Source: an uncultured virus (IMG/VR IMGVR_UViG_2061766007_001954) (lineage: Duplodnaviria; Heunggongvirae; Uroviricota; Caudoviricetes). Taken from it: a DNA stretch of 27,054 bases. Below are positions 26,546 through 27,054 of the stretch, in pieces; the first letter of the stretch is position 1; each line of letters starts with the position of its first letter. The notes under the pieces are model-generated. The model did no database searches. It had not been told where the DNA came from and was given only the letters and a program-made list of their open reading frames with translations. The DNA lies in IMG/VR virus record IMGVR_UViG_2061766007_001954; one strand, given 5' to 3'. A program made the translations under genes and the position numbers.

Positions 26546-27054
26546 ATGAGTGAATGGCCGCTGTCTAAAGAGTGCTTTGTTACACCTGTTGCACTGGCTG
26601 CAATACGTAAATTCGGGCCCGAATCATTAGATTGGAGCCCGGAAGTGCTTCGTGATAGCTTTGAAGAGCAGTTTGAGATCAAAAAGATGTCGCAAAAACT
26701 GTTTGATAAATTAAACTGTGGCTATATGCTCATAGGTACTGATGCTTTTAATTCAACTATAGAGGGCTTCCTGTCTGCCACCTGCATCATGAACAATCTT
26801 GTTTTTGATGAGTCGGAAGCTTCCTTCTGCAGTCTTGAGATGTGTGCCTGGAGTACATGGGAGTACGGTGTCTTACTGGGCTCTATAGAAGACGGTAAAT
26901 CCACAGAAACCTACTCTCCAGACATCATCAAATACATCCAGGAGGTTGGCAGACTGAATGGTGTGTCGCAATTCCCTAAATGGATGAGCTTCGCAAACCC
27001 AGAAGATGGGTCTATGCCTGATATTACAGGTGATGCGGATGCTTTTGGCGCCTA
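26546..27054 (+). CDS. 3'-truncated hypothetical protein (not in the ORF track)
   Basis: TAAGGA RBS and ATG at 26546. The frame MSEWPLSKECFVTPVALAAIRKFGPESLDWSPEVLRD...DKLNCGYMLIGTDAF... stays open to the window end. Confidence 0.8.
   Translation, partial: MSEWPLSKECFVTPVALAAIRKFGPESLDWSPEVLRDSFEEQFEIKKMSQKLFDKLNCGYMLIGTDAFNSTIEGFLSATCIMNNLVFDESEASFCSLEMCAWSTWEYGVLLGSIEDGKSTETYSPDIIKYIQEVGRLNGVSQFPKWMSFANPEDGSMPDITGDADAFGA

Larger units (their letters stand above)
1..27054. mobile_element. Segment of a large tailed bacteriophage genome (virion/tail-adsorption module plus neighbouring genes), from a metagenomic scaffold
   Basis: About 20 kb of co-oriented, often overlapping (ATGA/TAATG) ORFs with tail-fibre motifs, an Mtd_N-like domain and free-standing GIY-YIG genes. 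No cellular housekeeping genes and no core hallmark gene (terminase/MCP) are recognisable in the window. Confidence 0.85.

Noticed and set aside
15222..26883. Diversity-generating retroelement (Mtd_N-like gene plus near-identical repeat pairs)
   Set aside because: No reverse transcriptase in the window. The repeat differences are mostly synonymous rather than adenine-specific diversifying changes, and they abut N gaps.
1..27054. Stop-codon recoding (TAG is rarely used as a stop)
   Set aside because: Long ORFs are intact and densely packed in code 11 with no in-frame TAG or TGA interruptions.

Overview
This window looks like part of a large tailed-phage (Caudoviricetes-like) genome from a metagenomic scaffold with several N gaps. 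It reads in the standard genetic code. No terminase, major capsid, polymerase, tRNA or CRISPR array is visible, so the phage call rests on gene organisation and fibre/homing-endonuclease motifs. Positions 1-20,820 are a tightly packed + strand virion/adsorption operon. It holds a cement-like protein, five small probably paralogous baseplate/collar proteins, an 888-aa repeat protein, three tail-fibre-like proteins, an AIDA-like beta-helix protein, a stand-alone Mtd_N-like gene and a mosaic beta-helix fibre, and ends at a bidirectional terminator. Two tandem paralogous GIY-YIG endonucleases follow on the - strand, then a Zn-finger/WhiA-like HTH regulator, Cys/His-rich hypothetical proteins and a protein enriched in K-x-A motifs. 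The most notable signals are a shuffled ~120-aa 'YxGPF...Q-x-x-x-G...GRW' module, two divergent versions of the same fibre/adhesin junction, a GC-rich fibre tip with a truncated downstream gene, and the K-x-A(S) and LSKECF motifs. Repeats next to N gaps are mostly strain-bubble assembly artefacts.
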